From the NCBI GenBank assembly GCA_030390025.1, contig CM059433.1:16122001-16186000 (forward strand): DNA of 64,000 nucleotides. The letters are read 5' to 3'. A program made the position numbers and the translations under genes. Source of the stretch: Squalus acanthias. Lineage: Eukaryota. Below the pieces are notes generated by a model. It did no database searches, was not told the DNA's origin, and saw nothing but the letters and a program-made list of their open reading frames with translations. How positions within the stretch are numbered: position 1 is the first letter of the stretch; each line of letters opens with the position of its first letter. This document shows positions 13,200 through 26,004 of this stretch, one piece after another.

Positions 13200-14840
13200 T
13201 GTATGCAATGTAAATATAAAAAAAAGTCCCAAGGCACTTTACAGAAAAATGTATGGAAAACTAATGCCGAGCTAGGAAAGGAGAGATTATGAGCAGTGAC
13301 CAGAAGTATGGTTGAAGACCTGGGCTTTCAGGAGTTTTTGTTTAAAGGAGCAGAGAGAGATGGAGAGGGAGAGAGGTTTAGGGAAAGAATTCCAGAGCTA
13401 GCTGAAGGCTCTGCCACTAACGGGGAGATAAAGGAGTTTTTGGGGAGGCTGGAGGGGGCTACGGAAATGGAGTGGGGCAAGCCCATGGAGAGATTTAAAA
13501 CAAGGATCTTAAATTTCAGGCATTAGGGGACAGGGAGCCAAAGACAAGAGGTGCTGGTTGAATGAAACTTAGTACAGGAGAGGATACATGTTGCAGTTTT
13601 GGACAAGTTGGAGGTTATTGAACATACAGTATGGGAGGCAAGCAAGGATAACATTGAAATAGTCAATTGTGAAGGTGACAGAGACATGCAGAAGGGTTGA
13701 GGTAGAGGCAGCAGCACACAATTTTGATGGGGCGGAAGTATTACATTACATAGTATTTACAGCACAGAAACAGGCCATTCAGCCCAACAGGTTTACATTG
13801 GTTTTTATGCTCCACAAGTAGGCAGTCTTAATGAAGAAGAGGGTGTGGGGTCTGAAACTCAGCTCAGGATAGAACAGGATGGGAAGGTTAGGAACAGTCT
13901 GGTTCAGCCCGAGATGACAGCTGAGAAGGTGATGGAATCAGAGGCGAGGCAGAGTCCAAAGACAATGGCCCAGATTTTGCGATCAGCAACGTACACTTAC
14001 ACTTGCTCAGACTTCGTGGACTTTTGCACTGCCACTTGCAGTTATTAGAGTGTCAAAACAGCACGGCACCCTCTACAGGGGATCTGGTGTGTCTTCTTAA
14101 CCAATCAGATTGAACAGTCCTTACTGAGACATGCAAAGTCTAAACCAAGAAATGTAAGTTAGAATATTTAATTCAATGCAATATCATGTACAGAAAGCAA
14201 AATAAAGAGTGGGAAAGAAAGATGGGATTAAGAGAGAGAGATAAAAGAGACAGAACGATATAGTAAAAAACTTACAATTTTTTAAAATCTCCCACAATAA
14301 TTAAAATCTGAAGGAATGAGACTGACACTTTTAAAAATTAATTTTCAGTGCCAAAGAGGTTGTTTGGCAGTAATTAAGACTTATCACACCGTTAAAAATT
14401 CACTTACACTTGAATGAACAAGCCCCAACTTTTTCTGGCATGTTTAGTGGTTATCTAGTGGATAAGTACCAGAATTTCACTCTTATGTATTTCAATGCCA
14501 AGTTTCTTGGCGAGGTACCGGTGTAGCAAAGCCTCTGGACGAGAAGGGCAACTCTGACAGCAACTTTCTGATTTCCACGTTTAACTGCGCATGTGCGGAC
14601 GCTGGAAGTTGCTGCCCGATTTACTCCTTAATAATGGTGAGCGCTGATAACCTCACCGTTATTAACACTGCAAAATCCGGGCCAATGGCTTTAGTTTTTC
14701 TAGTGTTTAGGTGGATGTTGCACAAGTAATCTGACATCACAGAGGCAGAGGCAGTCAAGATATCAAGGGAGGTGGTGGAGAAATAGAGCTGGGCGTTATT
14801 GATGTACCATGTGGAAACTGACCCTGCGTATGCAGATGAT
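13200..14840 (-). mobile_element. L2-clade LINE fragment interrupted by a MITE (13967-14683) and a short CR1 tail (~13740-13815)
   Basis: Reverse complement of the L2 3' region seen at 26005 and 34520; the sequence resumes in register after the MITE (gacaat|ggcttt). Confidence 0.7.
13967..14683. mobile_element. PIF/Harbinger-type MITE, family 1
   Basis: TIRs ggcccagattttgc / gcaaaatccgggcc; 3-bp TSD AAT on both sides; non-coding. Confidence 0.85.
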
Positions 14841-15432
14841 GACTACTGATAACAATGATCTAAAATAACTTAGGTGCAAATCCAGAACAAGTCCTTCCAT
14901 GTAGCTTATGGCTAATAAGATCGCATGACTCATTGAATTACTGCATGGATAAAAGACACATGATTGTCCCATTCGGTAGATTACCTATTAAGTTGTGTGC
15001 AGAGATTGAACCGACAAGGTAATATAGAGTTCACTCTTTTTATTTTAGAGAATAGTGTTGCCTTTCGAAGCCGAAGATGGAACACCCATCAATTCATGTT
15101 ATCACAACTGCCATGATGAGGAAAAAAAACAGCACAACTAATGAACTTGAGAGCACTACTCTAAAACATTCCAGGGTTTCCACCTTCATTTCATTCTGAA
15201 ATTTTAAAATACATTAACATGCAGAAAGTTAATACAGTATTAAGCATTCAATATTTTTCTCTCTTTGGCCCACCACCAAACTAAGTGACTGATGGTGAGA
15301 ATGTTTACATTCTGCAAAACCTAAAATGATTGATAAATAGGCCAGATCAAGTTGCTATTTATTCCACTCGATATAAACTCTTCAGCACTCTTTCACAAAA
15401 GCGACAACTCTGCCACACTCAAAGTTGACACT

Positions 15433-16197
15433 GAGCCGGATTTTGCTTTCAGTGGTGAACGAACAGCGATAGCCATTCATTACATTTGTACTTGCCCACA
15501 GACTTTCTAAGGGATTTTGCACTGGAACTTACTGCAATTAGAGAGCCATTTCGACACAGCACCCTCTACAGAGGATCTGGGACCTGTGTGAACAGGCCAA
15601 GCAATGAAGTATCTCCTTAAACAGATTGAAGAATCAATAATGAGCAGCGCAGAGTCTAAACTAGGAAGTGTCAGTTAGAATATTGAATTCAATGCCAAAT
15701 CAGTTACAGAAAGCAGAATAAAGAGAGGGAAAGAAAGATGGGATTGAGGGAGAGAGAGAAAAGAGACAAAGAAAAAAATATTTAATTTCTTTTATTTTTT
15801 AAATCTCCAACAATAATTAAAATTTAAAGGAATGAGACTCCACACTTGTAAAAGTTAATTTTCAGTGTCAGAGAAGCTGTTTGGCAGTAATTAAGACTTA
15901 TCACCCCGTTAAACATTTACTTACACTGGATTGGAAAGGTCCAAAACTTTTCTGGAGATTTTAGTGGGTATCTAGTGAGTAAGTACAACAACTTCACGCT
16001 GTTCCATGTATTTCAATGCAGTCTCTCGGTGAGATACCGGTATAGCGCAGCTTTTGGAGGAGCAGGGCGACTCAGACAACTTCCTGGTTTCCGCATTTAA
16101 CTGCACGTGCGGTCGGCGGAAGTTGCGGACTGATTTATACTTCAATAACGGTGAGCGCGGTTAGCTTCACCGTTATTTCTACAGCAAAATCTGGCCT
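15433..16197. mobile_element. PIF/Harbinger-type MITE, family 1
   Basis: TIRs gagccggattttgc / gcaaaatctggcct; internally colinear with 13967-14683 (e.g. ggcagtaattaagacttatcac); flanks act/agt. Confidence 0.85.
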
Positions 16198-16834
16198 AGT
16201 ATATTTGTTTGCAGAGGGAACTTGGCCTTCTAAACAAAGTTTTCGGTACTGAGAGCGGTTTAGAGAAGCAACATCTGAGAAGCTTTGGAAGATTCCAAGA
16301 ATCTCAAGTTTTGTGCAGGAAAACAAATGGAATCTTCTCAAAATCCTTTTGAACTGATTACTTTTCTACAAGTCACTTAAACAAGGTAACTATGATAATA
16401 GTTGCTTTCTACAGAAAAAAACCCATAATCATCTTTCAAGTGTACAGCTTTGTGCTGTGTAGCATATTGCCACGTTTCAATGCTTCATTGTTTAAACTGT
16501 AAACACTGTGCTAATTTTAGTCTGTACAAGGCCTCAGGATTGTCATATTTACATGTCAGAGACACAGGCCCAGATTTTAATTCAGGGCAGGTGGGTAGCA
16601 GAGAGTTCGAAACTCAACCGTTGCACCAGAAAACAGGCCCAGGTATTTTACAATCTCATGGGCAGGTTTCCCACCTAATTCGCTGACACAACAGGAAATC
16701 CGTCCACTTTGTCAGCACAATATCCAGCAGGTCAGCCAGAGGTCTATTTAAAGCAGAATGCACCCCTTAAAGCTAGGCTGCATTCCCTTCTGGCTCATTC
16801 GCTTTGGAGTGGTGGAGGAAGAAACTGATTAACC

Positions 16835-17050
16835 ATGGGTCGGAGGCAAGGCCCCATGTCCTCTGAAGCTTCACTGGCAGTCCTGCTAGAAAAGGGGAGG
16901 GTGTGGAGAGCAGTTCTCTCTCCAGCCAGTGGGAGGATGATCCAAAAACACCATGAATACCAGACATGGAGAGACATTGCTGAGATTGTGAATTCCAGAA
17001 GCATCTCCTCCAAGACCTGGATGCAGTGCAGGAAGCGCTTCAATGACTAG
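16835..17050 (+). pseudogene. Harbinger Myb/SANT-like DNA-binding protein remnant
   Basis: SEASLAVLLE...TWRDIAEIVNSRSISSKTWMQCRKRFND fits the trihelix Myb/SANT-like pattern (W..IA..V......TW.QC.K.F.D). Confidence 0.8.
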
Positions 17051-17249
17051 TCTTCATTTCTCGATCTCTCTAAACAGCACATGGCAGTTCTTTCCCCCCC
17101 TCCCCCAGCACTCTCAACAATTCCACCCCCCACAACATTCTTGACTACCCAACACAAGAGCACATGATACCACCTTTCATTCTCATTACAAACACACACT
17201 CACCTCTTTCTTGCTCCCTTCAGTTGCCACTAGCAGCATTCTCTTTTCA

Positions 17250-17615
17250 CAGTGCGTGCCATCTACAAGATGCACTGCAGAAACTTGCCATGGCTTCTTT
17301 GACAGCACCTCCTCAACCTGCGAGCTCTACCACCTAGAAGGACAAGGGCAGCAGGCGCATGGGAACACCACCACCTCCACGTCCCCCTCCAAGTCACACA
17401 TTATCCTGACTTGGAAATATATCGCAGTTCCTTCATCGTCGCTGGGTCAAAATCCTGGAACTCCCTCTCCAACAGAACTGAGGGAGTACCTTCACCACGT
17501 AGACTGCAGCAGTTCAAGGCGGCGGCTCACCACCACCTTCTCAAGGGCAATTACGGATGGGCAATGCTAACCTTGCCAGCGACACCCACATCCGGTGAAT
17601 GAATAAATAAAAAAA
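17250..17615 (+). mobile_element. 3' end of CR1/L2-group LINE (same family as 29150-31300), nested in the Harbinger
   Basis: High similarity to the reverse complement of 29160-29520; ends tgaatgaataaataaaaaaaa. Confidence 0.88.
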
Positions 17616-17987
17616 ACCATAGTAGCCTTTGCAGAATCACCAACTTCTCTCATGGTTCCTTCCTTACTTCACTTTCCAGACATGTGGGGCTGGATTTTAA
17701 CAAGAAAGGCAGGTTGGGGGGCGTGGGTGGGGTTGGCTCCGAGGCGGTCAGGAAACCCGGGAGACTTTAATGGCAGGGCCTGATTTGCATGCGAGGCCTT
17801 GGTTTCCCACCCGCAGCCAGCTAGATGGAGAGGCTGGCTCACTGTGGGCAGGTAGGCCTGCGGCACTAGACCACACAGAGGAGGGATTGGATGGGGGCCG
17901 GTGCCGGCCTACGGAGGATGGGCGGGTCGATGAAAGATTGCCGAGGTCGTGGGACCGGTGGGGGGAGGAGGAATGGTAGTGAATTGG

Positions 17988-18283
17988 CCACAGATGCTGC
18001 CTGACCTGCATTTTCTGTTTTTATTTCAGATTTCCAGCATCTGCAGTATTTTCCTATTGTATTAGTGTTTAATTCACTGCCACTTCTCTTTCAGGAATGC
18101 CCACCTTGAAGAAGTTTTGCTCTTCTCTGCAACAGGATTTCCATTTGTCTCTTTTACCTTGTTAAAACCAGTTATATCTCTAACTTGTTCCAGTTCTGAC
18201 AAAAGGTCATCGACCTGAAACATTAACTCTGTTTCTTTCTCCACAGATGCCGCCTGACCATTTCCAGCTTTTTCTGTTTTTAC
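17988..18283 (+). mobile_element. Penelope-like partial tandem terminal repeat with hammerhead motif (18192-18228)
   Basis: Direct repeats cacagatgc(t/c)gcctgacc at ~17989 and ~18242; motif agtt-ctgacaa-a-aggtc-atc-gacct-gaaa-ca-tt-aact. Confidence 0.75.
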
Positions 18284-18499
18284 TATAATAGTGTGTCTGG
18301 AATTGAAATCAACACTTGTATCACATTTGGAACTTTGGTCCAAAGTTTCTTTTCATTACAGTTTTATGTTGTCAATGACTTTCTGCTAATGGTTTCAATG
18401 TTCTTCAATGCAGTGGTAATGGGGTAATAAGGACAGTTAACAGTTGGGCCTTTTTCTTACTTTTAAGGTAAGGGGATTGAGGACATCACCAAAAGTGTG

Positions 18500-19400
18500 C
18501 TTTGCTGGCCCTCCTTGTGGCTGGCCCCGCACCTTCATTCATTTCTTCACTGGCTGATGGTGCCTCTTCTTGTTGATGTGCCTTGTCCAACTCCAGTCCT
18601 CTTTGCATTGCCAGGCTGTGCAGAATGCAGCTAACTACTTTGTGGATATTATAGCAGGCTCCCAGAGCTATCAAGGCACTTGAACCGTTGATTCAAAATG
18701 CCAATGGCATCCTCTACGATGTTCCTAATTGTCCCATGGCTCTCACTGTACCCGTGATGTTTGGCTGTGGTCGGATTGCAGAAGGGTGTCAACCACCATG
18801 TATCAACCAAGGGGTATCCCTTTGTCCTCTAGTAGTTATCCTCTAATGTTCCTGGATGGGTGCAAAGGTGGGGTGATGGATGAGTGTTACAGAATGAAGG
18901 CATCATGGCAGCTAGCACAATTTGAATTCTCTTTGTCCGATCATTACACAACAGTTGAACAATTGATGGAGCGGAAGCCCTTACTGTTGAGAAAAGCTGT
19001 AGACTCATCTTCTGATGCCTTGAAAACTACAGGAGTGCGGACTATTACACCCTGGATATCTGCTACAAATCCCAAGAGCTCTCTCATTCTGGTTGTTGCT
19101 GTCCACTGAGAAGGCAAGGTACTGGTTTTCTTTGGCAATGAGGGCCTAGGTGATCTGCTTGATGCAACTGTGCAATGCAGACTGGGAGATGTGGGTGATG
19201 TCACTTGTAGCCGCCTGGAAGAAGCATGTGGCGAAAAACTTAAGGGCGGTTGTAACTTTGACTGTCACTGGCAAAGCATGACCCCCTGGTCCAGCAGGCC
19301 CAGTTGCAACAGGCTGCATAGGTCAGTAACAGCCTGCCTGCTGAAGCGTAGCCTCCTCATGCACTACTCCTCAGAATTATCCAAGAAACTAACTCTTGGC
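18500..19400 (-). pseudogene. Harbinger (HARBI1-like) transposase remnant
   Basis: Pieces GHALPVTVKVTTALKFFATCFFQAATSDITHISQSALHSCIKQIT*, IQGVIVRTPVVFKA...FLNSKGFRSIN and SCILHSLAMQRG; stops and frameshifts present. Confidence 0.82.
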
Positions 19401-22400
19401 CTATAGCCCCGTTGGGCTGGGTAAGGCCTTCTATGAGCAGCTTCCCTCACCTACTATCTTCCAATAGGCCCACGTGCTGCTGCTCCTCTTCCTCAACTGT
19501 TCGTCCATCCAAGGGAGTGAACCATATACAGCATCCACAATACACAGTGAATGCTTAATGAGGATAGGTAAGGGGGACAAAAAAGCACAAAGAAGCAAAC
19601 TGGTAGCTCAAAACTGCCTTGGAAATGCACTACTCACAATGACACACAGATCCTAATGACCAGAGTGCCTGCAGGTGAATGCCTCTTTAAATACAGTTTC
19701 CAGTCATGTCACAGTTTGTGAAACCAATCCTGCTAGGTTTGGTGACCCACCCAGTTAAAATTGCTTTGGGGTCCTAATGATGTCTTCGGACCCCAATTTG
19801 AATTTATTCACGTGGCACCCATCTGTTTCCAGTGGATGCGTTGGCAACCTGAGAAAGCTCTGGAGTTACAATGGTGAGCGGCGGCAACAGGGTGGTAAAC
19901 CAATTTCCGCAATTTTAACCGCTCACCCACCCCGTTCCCAATGAGTGGGTTGGGTTAAAATTGGGGCCATAGTGGGAATTCAACATAAATTACAGTGCAC
20001 AATTAATAAGATCAGCCCAGGATACGCAACCCAAGATGTACAATCCCTCATCATGAGAGACACAGCTTGCTAATGGAGAGTCTGATACAACCTTTGAAAG
20101 GATAGTAGTGCTTAAAAGCCCTAACTGTAACAGTGGACACATACATTTTTTTTGGTCACCCGTATTATCCAATGCTATGTACATTTCTCAATCCCTGCCA
20201 CTAAAAGTTACACAACATCCTTTGCAGGTTAACTCTTTTCCTGCATATGTACCGTTTTTTCTGGTCTGTCCCTGATGATTTACATGACCTTCAGCAGGCA
20301 CCTCTGCATGATGGCATTGCTGAGATCAACAACTCATTAAGTAGGGAAATGTAAGCACGCACAGATATTTTCATTCTAGTCCAGTGTTGGTATTTTCTTC
20401 CTTCAGTTTATTTTTATATATTCTGTTCTTCTAGTATTTTTTTTGCTAGTTTAATAAAGACCATGCATGTCCTTTAAGAGAGAAGGTGCAAAGTTATTAC
20501 AGAAGCTGCAAAAATGTTAAGTAGATTCGTGACATCAATCTTCAAATCCCTAGATCCAATTGTTTTGGTTCAATATTCTATAATACAAGTGGACATCAGC
20601 AAAGGTCATGGAAAAAAAAATGTTTATAAGATGCTTGAGGGATATTCCCCAGAATCCTCAAAGAAATCAGAGGGAAACAAATGAGAATCTGGTTAATATT
20701 TTTAGAAGCTCTGGAAACACTTTTACAGTCTGTGGAGAAACAACCTCAAAGCTTACCTCATTAGCATTTTAACCACCCATCATCTTAGTGCCGCTTTAAT
20801 AAGTAACTTGTATGAATACACTTGCCTTAAAAGCCCAACATTTAAAAGTAAATTTTTTCAAATCCTTTCTGAGAAGATCAAAAATCCCAAAACATGACAC
20901 TGGTTTTATAATTATTAAGACCAGCATTCTTCTAAAGTCCTCAACTCTGTATACGTGCCCAGAAAGGTTTTAGGAGTTAGCTACTGTGACCAGAGTGGCT
21001 TGGTTGGCCAAGAGTAAATATTAAAACAAGGAGAGAATCTGGTCTCCTCTAATCAAAGTTTTGAATCTACTAGGATTTTCCATCAGGAGTTAAATAGCTG
21101 GAGTATAGTACACAAAGGGCAGATAGTACATGATCCCCATTTCATATTTTATGTTCTTGTATTAAGCTTAACTGCTTTTTGTGCTCAAGTGTTAAGATAT
21201 CTTCTTATTGCTAAGAAAAAAAATTAAATATCACAACTGCATCATCAATTATGCTGTGGTGTGCAGTATGGGAAGACCTAGAGAATGAGCAAAAACACCA
21301 GAATAGCAGGGGTTTACCATATGCTACATGCTGTCTACACCAATCATAAATCACTACTGTCCAACATTTACTGTCTCTTTCGAATGTCTGAATGTTATCA
21401 GGCACACATTCCAGTATTAATGAGATAATCACAGATAGAAGTGTAATGTACAATGAACTCTCCATAACTTTTTTGTGGTGTAAAATAATGCAGTCTGAAC
21501 TTTGGTATATGGAAGATAAATCACAGGATGACGTATATGTGTTACTGCAGAATAAAAGAATGGATACTCCAGGAAATGTACATGGTTATTACCAAAACTA
21601 AGAATCAGCCACTTCACCTTAGTGATAAATAAAGATTACCTACCTTGTTGCATCTTCTTCATTCTTTGAATGAAATGTATTCTCCATGCATTGTAGGAAT
21701 ATAGCCCAAGCTTGATAAGATTCTGGGGAAATCATGTGCTGCACATGCTCATAAAAATATGATGTTGCAGATAGCTGATGCTGCACTAGATCTCCTGCAT
21801 CATATAAAGTCCAAGCGCATACCACACTACAGCAGTTTACTTTAGCCTGAAGCTAAACTTAAACAATTCACTTAATGTTAACTCTCCCTCCCCAGGACGT
21901 GACTTTATTTTTAAAAGGATTTCAGACAAAATAAAGCCAAACTTAAAAATATGTTTTGGCTTTGTGAAAAATTCCTTTGTTCTGTGGCTACATGATAATT
22001 ACCTGTCATCAGATTTACAACCAGAGAACTTGCTTTGTTCCACTTGGAATTATTTGCACATCCCCTGCAGTCAAGGACAGATGTGGAATGCAATTTTATC
22101 TTGTATATTGGAATATCGCATACTCTGTCAAATTTCTAAAACAATCTTCATATGATTTGGTTTGATTTAAAAAAAAACCAATTATGCTTTTGAGTCCACA
22201 GACTTTCCCCAAATTCCTCAATTCCTTGCTTTACTTTGCCACTAAGCAAGAGGGCCATGAGGGTCACCCCCATGTAACTTCCATCAGGTGACTTGCTCAG
22301 AAGTCACAGAAAAGAACTCCAAGCTTTTAGACTTTCTTTTCGTTTGAAAATTTCTATATGGAGAGTCTAGTTATTGTACTTCAGTAGCTCACTTATCTTT

Positions 22401-24045
22401 TTGCTTCTTTTATTACTTCATTTATAAATAAATTTCATTAAATAGTTTCAGCCTATGCACATTGGTCTGATGATGTGCTACCTTTACCTTTGAATGTGGA
22501 GAGAGAACATATTGGACATCCTGTATGTTTTCTCTAGTAAGTGGTTTACCACAATTTGGATTAATTATTAAGCCTGAGCAAGCTAACCTGTAAGTGGCAT
22601 TAATAAAGATGCAGATTTCAGTTCACAGGAGACTTGCTCAGTTTATCAAAGCCTTCATTCAGCTTTGAAAACAAGATCAAATGTTGAAAAAGCCTGAATT
22701 GCAACCAGCACCCTGCGTTCTCCCCGCCCCCCTCAAGAAAACACTACACCCTTGTAAGGCCTGTGGGGATGGATGGCTATGATCAGTGTTTGGAGAACAT
22801 TTATTAAAAGAATGAAGATGACTTTACACAGTAAGCTTCTTCATTTTGCATCCTCCAAACACTAGAAGCAGAACAAATTGGCACAGATTGAGAATGGGGA
22901 GGGGGGAAAGCAAGCGCCACTGCAAAGAAACTATAACAGCAGCTGTCAGGATCAATCTGCTAAAGACAATGTCATATGTTGCAGTTACATCTGGACAGTA
23001 ATGTTTAGTAAATGTGTGAGGATTGCTCCACATATGCTCTCAATTGGAGCCTCGAGAAGACCACGAAGCAGCCATTGAACAAGGGGATTTACCATTAAGC
23101 TATCCTCTGGGCTTCTTCCCTGCAGGTTGGTAGCAATGTAGATGCACTCATATGTCCATTTGATTATATGTTACTTAATCTCTGTGTAAAAGACCCAACA
23201 ACTTAGGTATGTCAGCATCTATATAATTAAAATTATGTTCCAGTTCTGATTTGTGTGGTGTCAGATATAATAATAAGGTAGTCTCTTTCATCCAAAGTCA
23301 AAATGGAAAGTGAACTTAGATAAAATCTACAGATAAAGCCCAAGGATACTCTGTCAGAATGGCAAATTAAATACAACTGACCTTCAAGTAAGGGCTTTCC
23401 GTTCACTAATTCTGAGACTAAACTAACAAATTCAGTTTCCCCAGAAATAAACTTAAAATTTGACATTTAAAGAGGTTTGAATGGTTGATACATTAACTTG
23501 CAAAGGACTGAATTACGATCCTAACTGGGAACCAGCAAGGACCTAGTTAGGCACAATTGCCATAAAGCAAGACAACGAGTGATCCTCTAATGATCAATTC
23601 CAAATGGATCATGAAAGACCAAAGCTGCTGTAACAAACTCAAATTTAATTAAGTCTTAAAATTAATGTTGAATAGATGCTGGAGATAGAACAGAAGATAG
23701 AAAAGATGAACATAATAGAATCCTAGATGAGCCAAAGTTATCTACCATCAAGGACAAGACACCCTGATCTAACAAATAATTTTCAGTAAGTAGACCATTA
23801 ACCAGAATGACTTGATTTATATGGAACGTTGATCCATTCTCAAAGTAGTGGATCTTTCCTTTGCTCACTCTCAATATGTCTATCTACAGTGGCTTTCAGG
23901 GTTAATAAGAGACTATCAACATAACTCTTGCTTTGTCGACTTGTAATTTTTAAGCTATCTGTGGGAGCATGGGAAAGAGGGGAAATGAAAACAGAACACC
24001 TTGGCCCCTAAATTACTCTATGGGATACTGCTGTATAGATGCTTA

Positions 24046-24809
24046 GGGCAGAATTTTCACCGGCCCGTGGAGGCGGGTTTGGAGGTGTGTGGGGTGGGAA
24101 AATACCAGATTCGGGGGTCCCGAACCCATCCCGCCCCCATGCCAGTTTCCCAGGAGGCGGGTACCCGACCTGTGCTGGGACCCGCCTCCCCGAGGCGGGA
24201 AGGGGATTAGTGCCAATTAACTGCCTGTTAACAGGTAGTTAACAAGCAGTTTTTTGCCTAATCCCTATTTTTAGCCCTGAAGTGTGGGCTACCCGACGGC
24301 TCCAAACCACGCCGTTTTAGTCCGGTGGGCAGGTGAGTGATGGGTGCAGAGGTAAGTGTGTAAGGTAAGTGTAAAGTGTGGAAATTTTTTTTACTTACCT
24401 TAACTTCCTCCTGCAGATGTCAGCCCTTCAGGTCTTGGGAGTCAGAAGTCTCACCGGCACAGAAAGCAGAATGGCCGCTGAGCTGTCAAAAGCTGCAGTT
24501 CTGCTTTCTGTGCTGGATTGATTTCTAACTGAGTCTAAGTACAGGGACTCACGTTAGAAATCATATTGTCAGTGTTTGACAGCTTCACAGAGCTGTCAAA
24601 CGCTGAAATTTCATCTGTCAAAAGCTCTCGACAGATGAAATTTCAATGGCTGACGTCACCTGTATCCAAGGGACCCTTGATTGGGTGGGCTTAACAAGGT
24701 CAATCAAGGGAAAATCGAGTGGGTTGGCCACAAGTTGATGGAGGCGGGACTACAACCCAAAAAGTGGGAGTCCCGCCTCCATCACGTCCTCATTGACAAA
24801 ATCCAGCCC
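24046..24809. mobile_element. PIF/Harbinger-type MITE with internal hairpin array
   Basis: TIRs gggcagaatttt / aaaatccagccc; perfect TTA TSD at 24043-24045 and 24810-24812. Confidence 0.88.
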
Positions 24810-25036
24810 TTATTCTCTACTATTTTAGTGGCCACATTAACTTGTTTAAACTAAAAGGGTGACTGCCTCGGTTAAAATAGCAGAGGTAGTTACAGATGGA
24901 TTCGTTAAAACTTTCATACATTAGTATTCCACCGTGTAAATTGTGTCTGATCAATGCCGGTGTGTGTGTTCAGGGACATCAGACTGTACATAGTTAGATT
25001 TCTCTGGCTTATTGTGCTTGTCTACCTTGTTATGAA

Positions 25037-25494
25037 TGTTAGTTGTGGCTCAATTTGTAGCACTCTCATCTGAGTCAGAAGGTCGTGGGTCCAAGTCCCA
25101 CTCTAGGGACTTGAGCACAAAATCTAGGCTGACACTCCAGTGCAGTGCTGAATGAGTGTTGCACTGTCAGAGGTTCTGTCTTTCAGATGAGACGTTAAAC
25201 CAAGGCCCGTCTGCTGTCTCAGGTGGACATAAAAGATCCCATGGCACTATTTCAAAGAAGAGCAGGGGAGCTCTCCCAGGTGACCTGGACAATATTTATC
25301 CCTCAACCAATATCACTAAAACAGATTATTTGGGCATTTAGCTCATTGCTGTTGGTGGGACCTTGCTGTGCGTAAATTGGCTGCCGCATTACAACAGTAA
25401 CTACACTTCAAAAGTACTTAATTGGCTGTAAAGCGCTTTGGAACGTCCGGAGGTCGTAAAAGGCGCTATATAAATCCAAGTTCTTTCTTTCTTC
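25037..25494 (+). mobile_element. SacSINE1-like tRNA-derived DeuSINE, full length
   Basis: A/B-box-like head (gtggctcaatttgtagc...gggtccaagtccc), Deu-like core (gatgagacgttaaacc...aaagatcccatggcacta), L2-type tail aaaggcgctatataaat followed by (ttct)n. Confidence 0.9.
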
Positions 25495-26004
25495 TATACT
25501 GTAGGAACTGTGGTGCAACTGTTCGTTACATATGCGTTTTGTGAAACCACAGCAAATTGTACAAGTCGAGGCAGCCTGTTTGGATGCCAAACATTTTATG
25601 CAATTAATTGATTATTGCATTTTGCACATTATTTGAAGCCTTTGACAGTTGGTGCAGTCTCTCTTAACTGTGGAGACATTTAGAATGTTTAGATCTAAGC
25701 CATGTAAGGCTGAAGGCCATACTGTATAACCACAGTGCACTCAGCACACACCTGGTTCTTTGTAAAATTCCAATTTGTACCTGTTTTATTTGATCTCTAT
25801 ATGGAGGACTATGGGGCACACGATGGATTGCTGGAGGCGGTATACAACCTAAAACAGCATAATTTTTCTTTTGTGCAGCACACCCTGAAAAAGACAGCCT
25901 TTAATGAAATCTTCCAAAATTCCATTCTCCAATGTGGACTGGTGTTGATACTTTAGATAACTGAGGAACCTGAAACCTGGACAGGCCAGATACATTAACA
26001 GAGT

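Larger units (their letters stand above)
16567..19968. mobile_element. Decayed autonomous PIF/Harbinger transposon with nested insertions
   Basis: TIRs ggcccagattttaa / ttaaaattggggcc, flanks aca/ata. Plus-strand Myb/SANT-like ORF and convergent minus-strand HARBI1-like DDE transposase remnants. Confidence 0.88.

Noticed and set aside
21643..21826. Minus-strand open segment with ag/gtaggt boundaries (VVCAWTLYDAGDLVQHQ...)
   Set aside because: No recognisable protein similarity, weak pyrimidine tract, no partner exons, and it lies downstream of the ACP1 stop exon.
21964..22155. ORF with LHDNYLSSDLQPENLL resembling the kinase catalytic loop HRDLKPENLL
   Set aside because: No HRD, DFG or other kinase subdomains in any frame checked nearby, and no clear exon structure; probably chance.
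24457..24783. Hairpin array as a CRISPR-like repeat-spacer array or integron cassette array
   Set aside because: Stems differ in sequence, there are no identical direct repeats with unique spacers, and the context is a eukaryotic MITE.
25037..25110. tRNA-like sequences here and at ~2175, ~41608, ~50140 and ~59280
   Set aside because: These are tRNA-derived SINE heads continuous with the SINE body, not tRNA genes.
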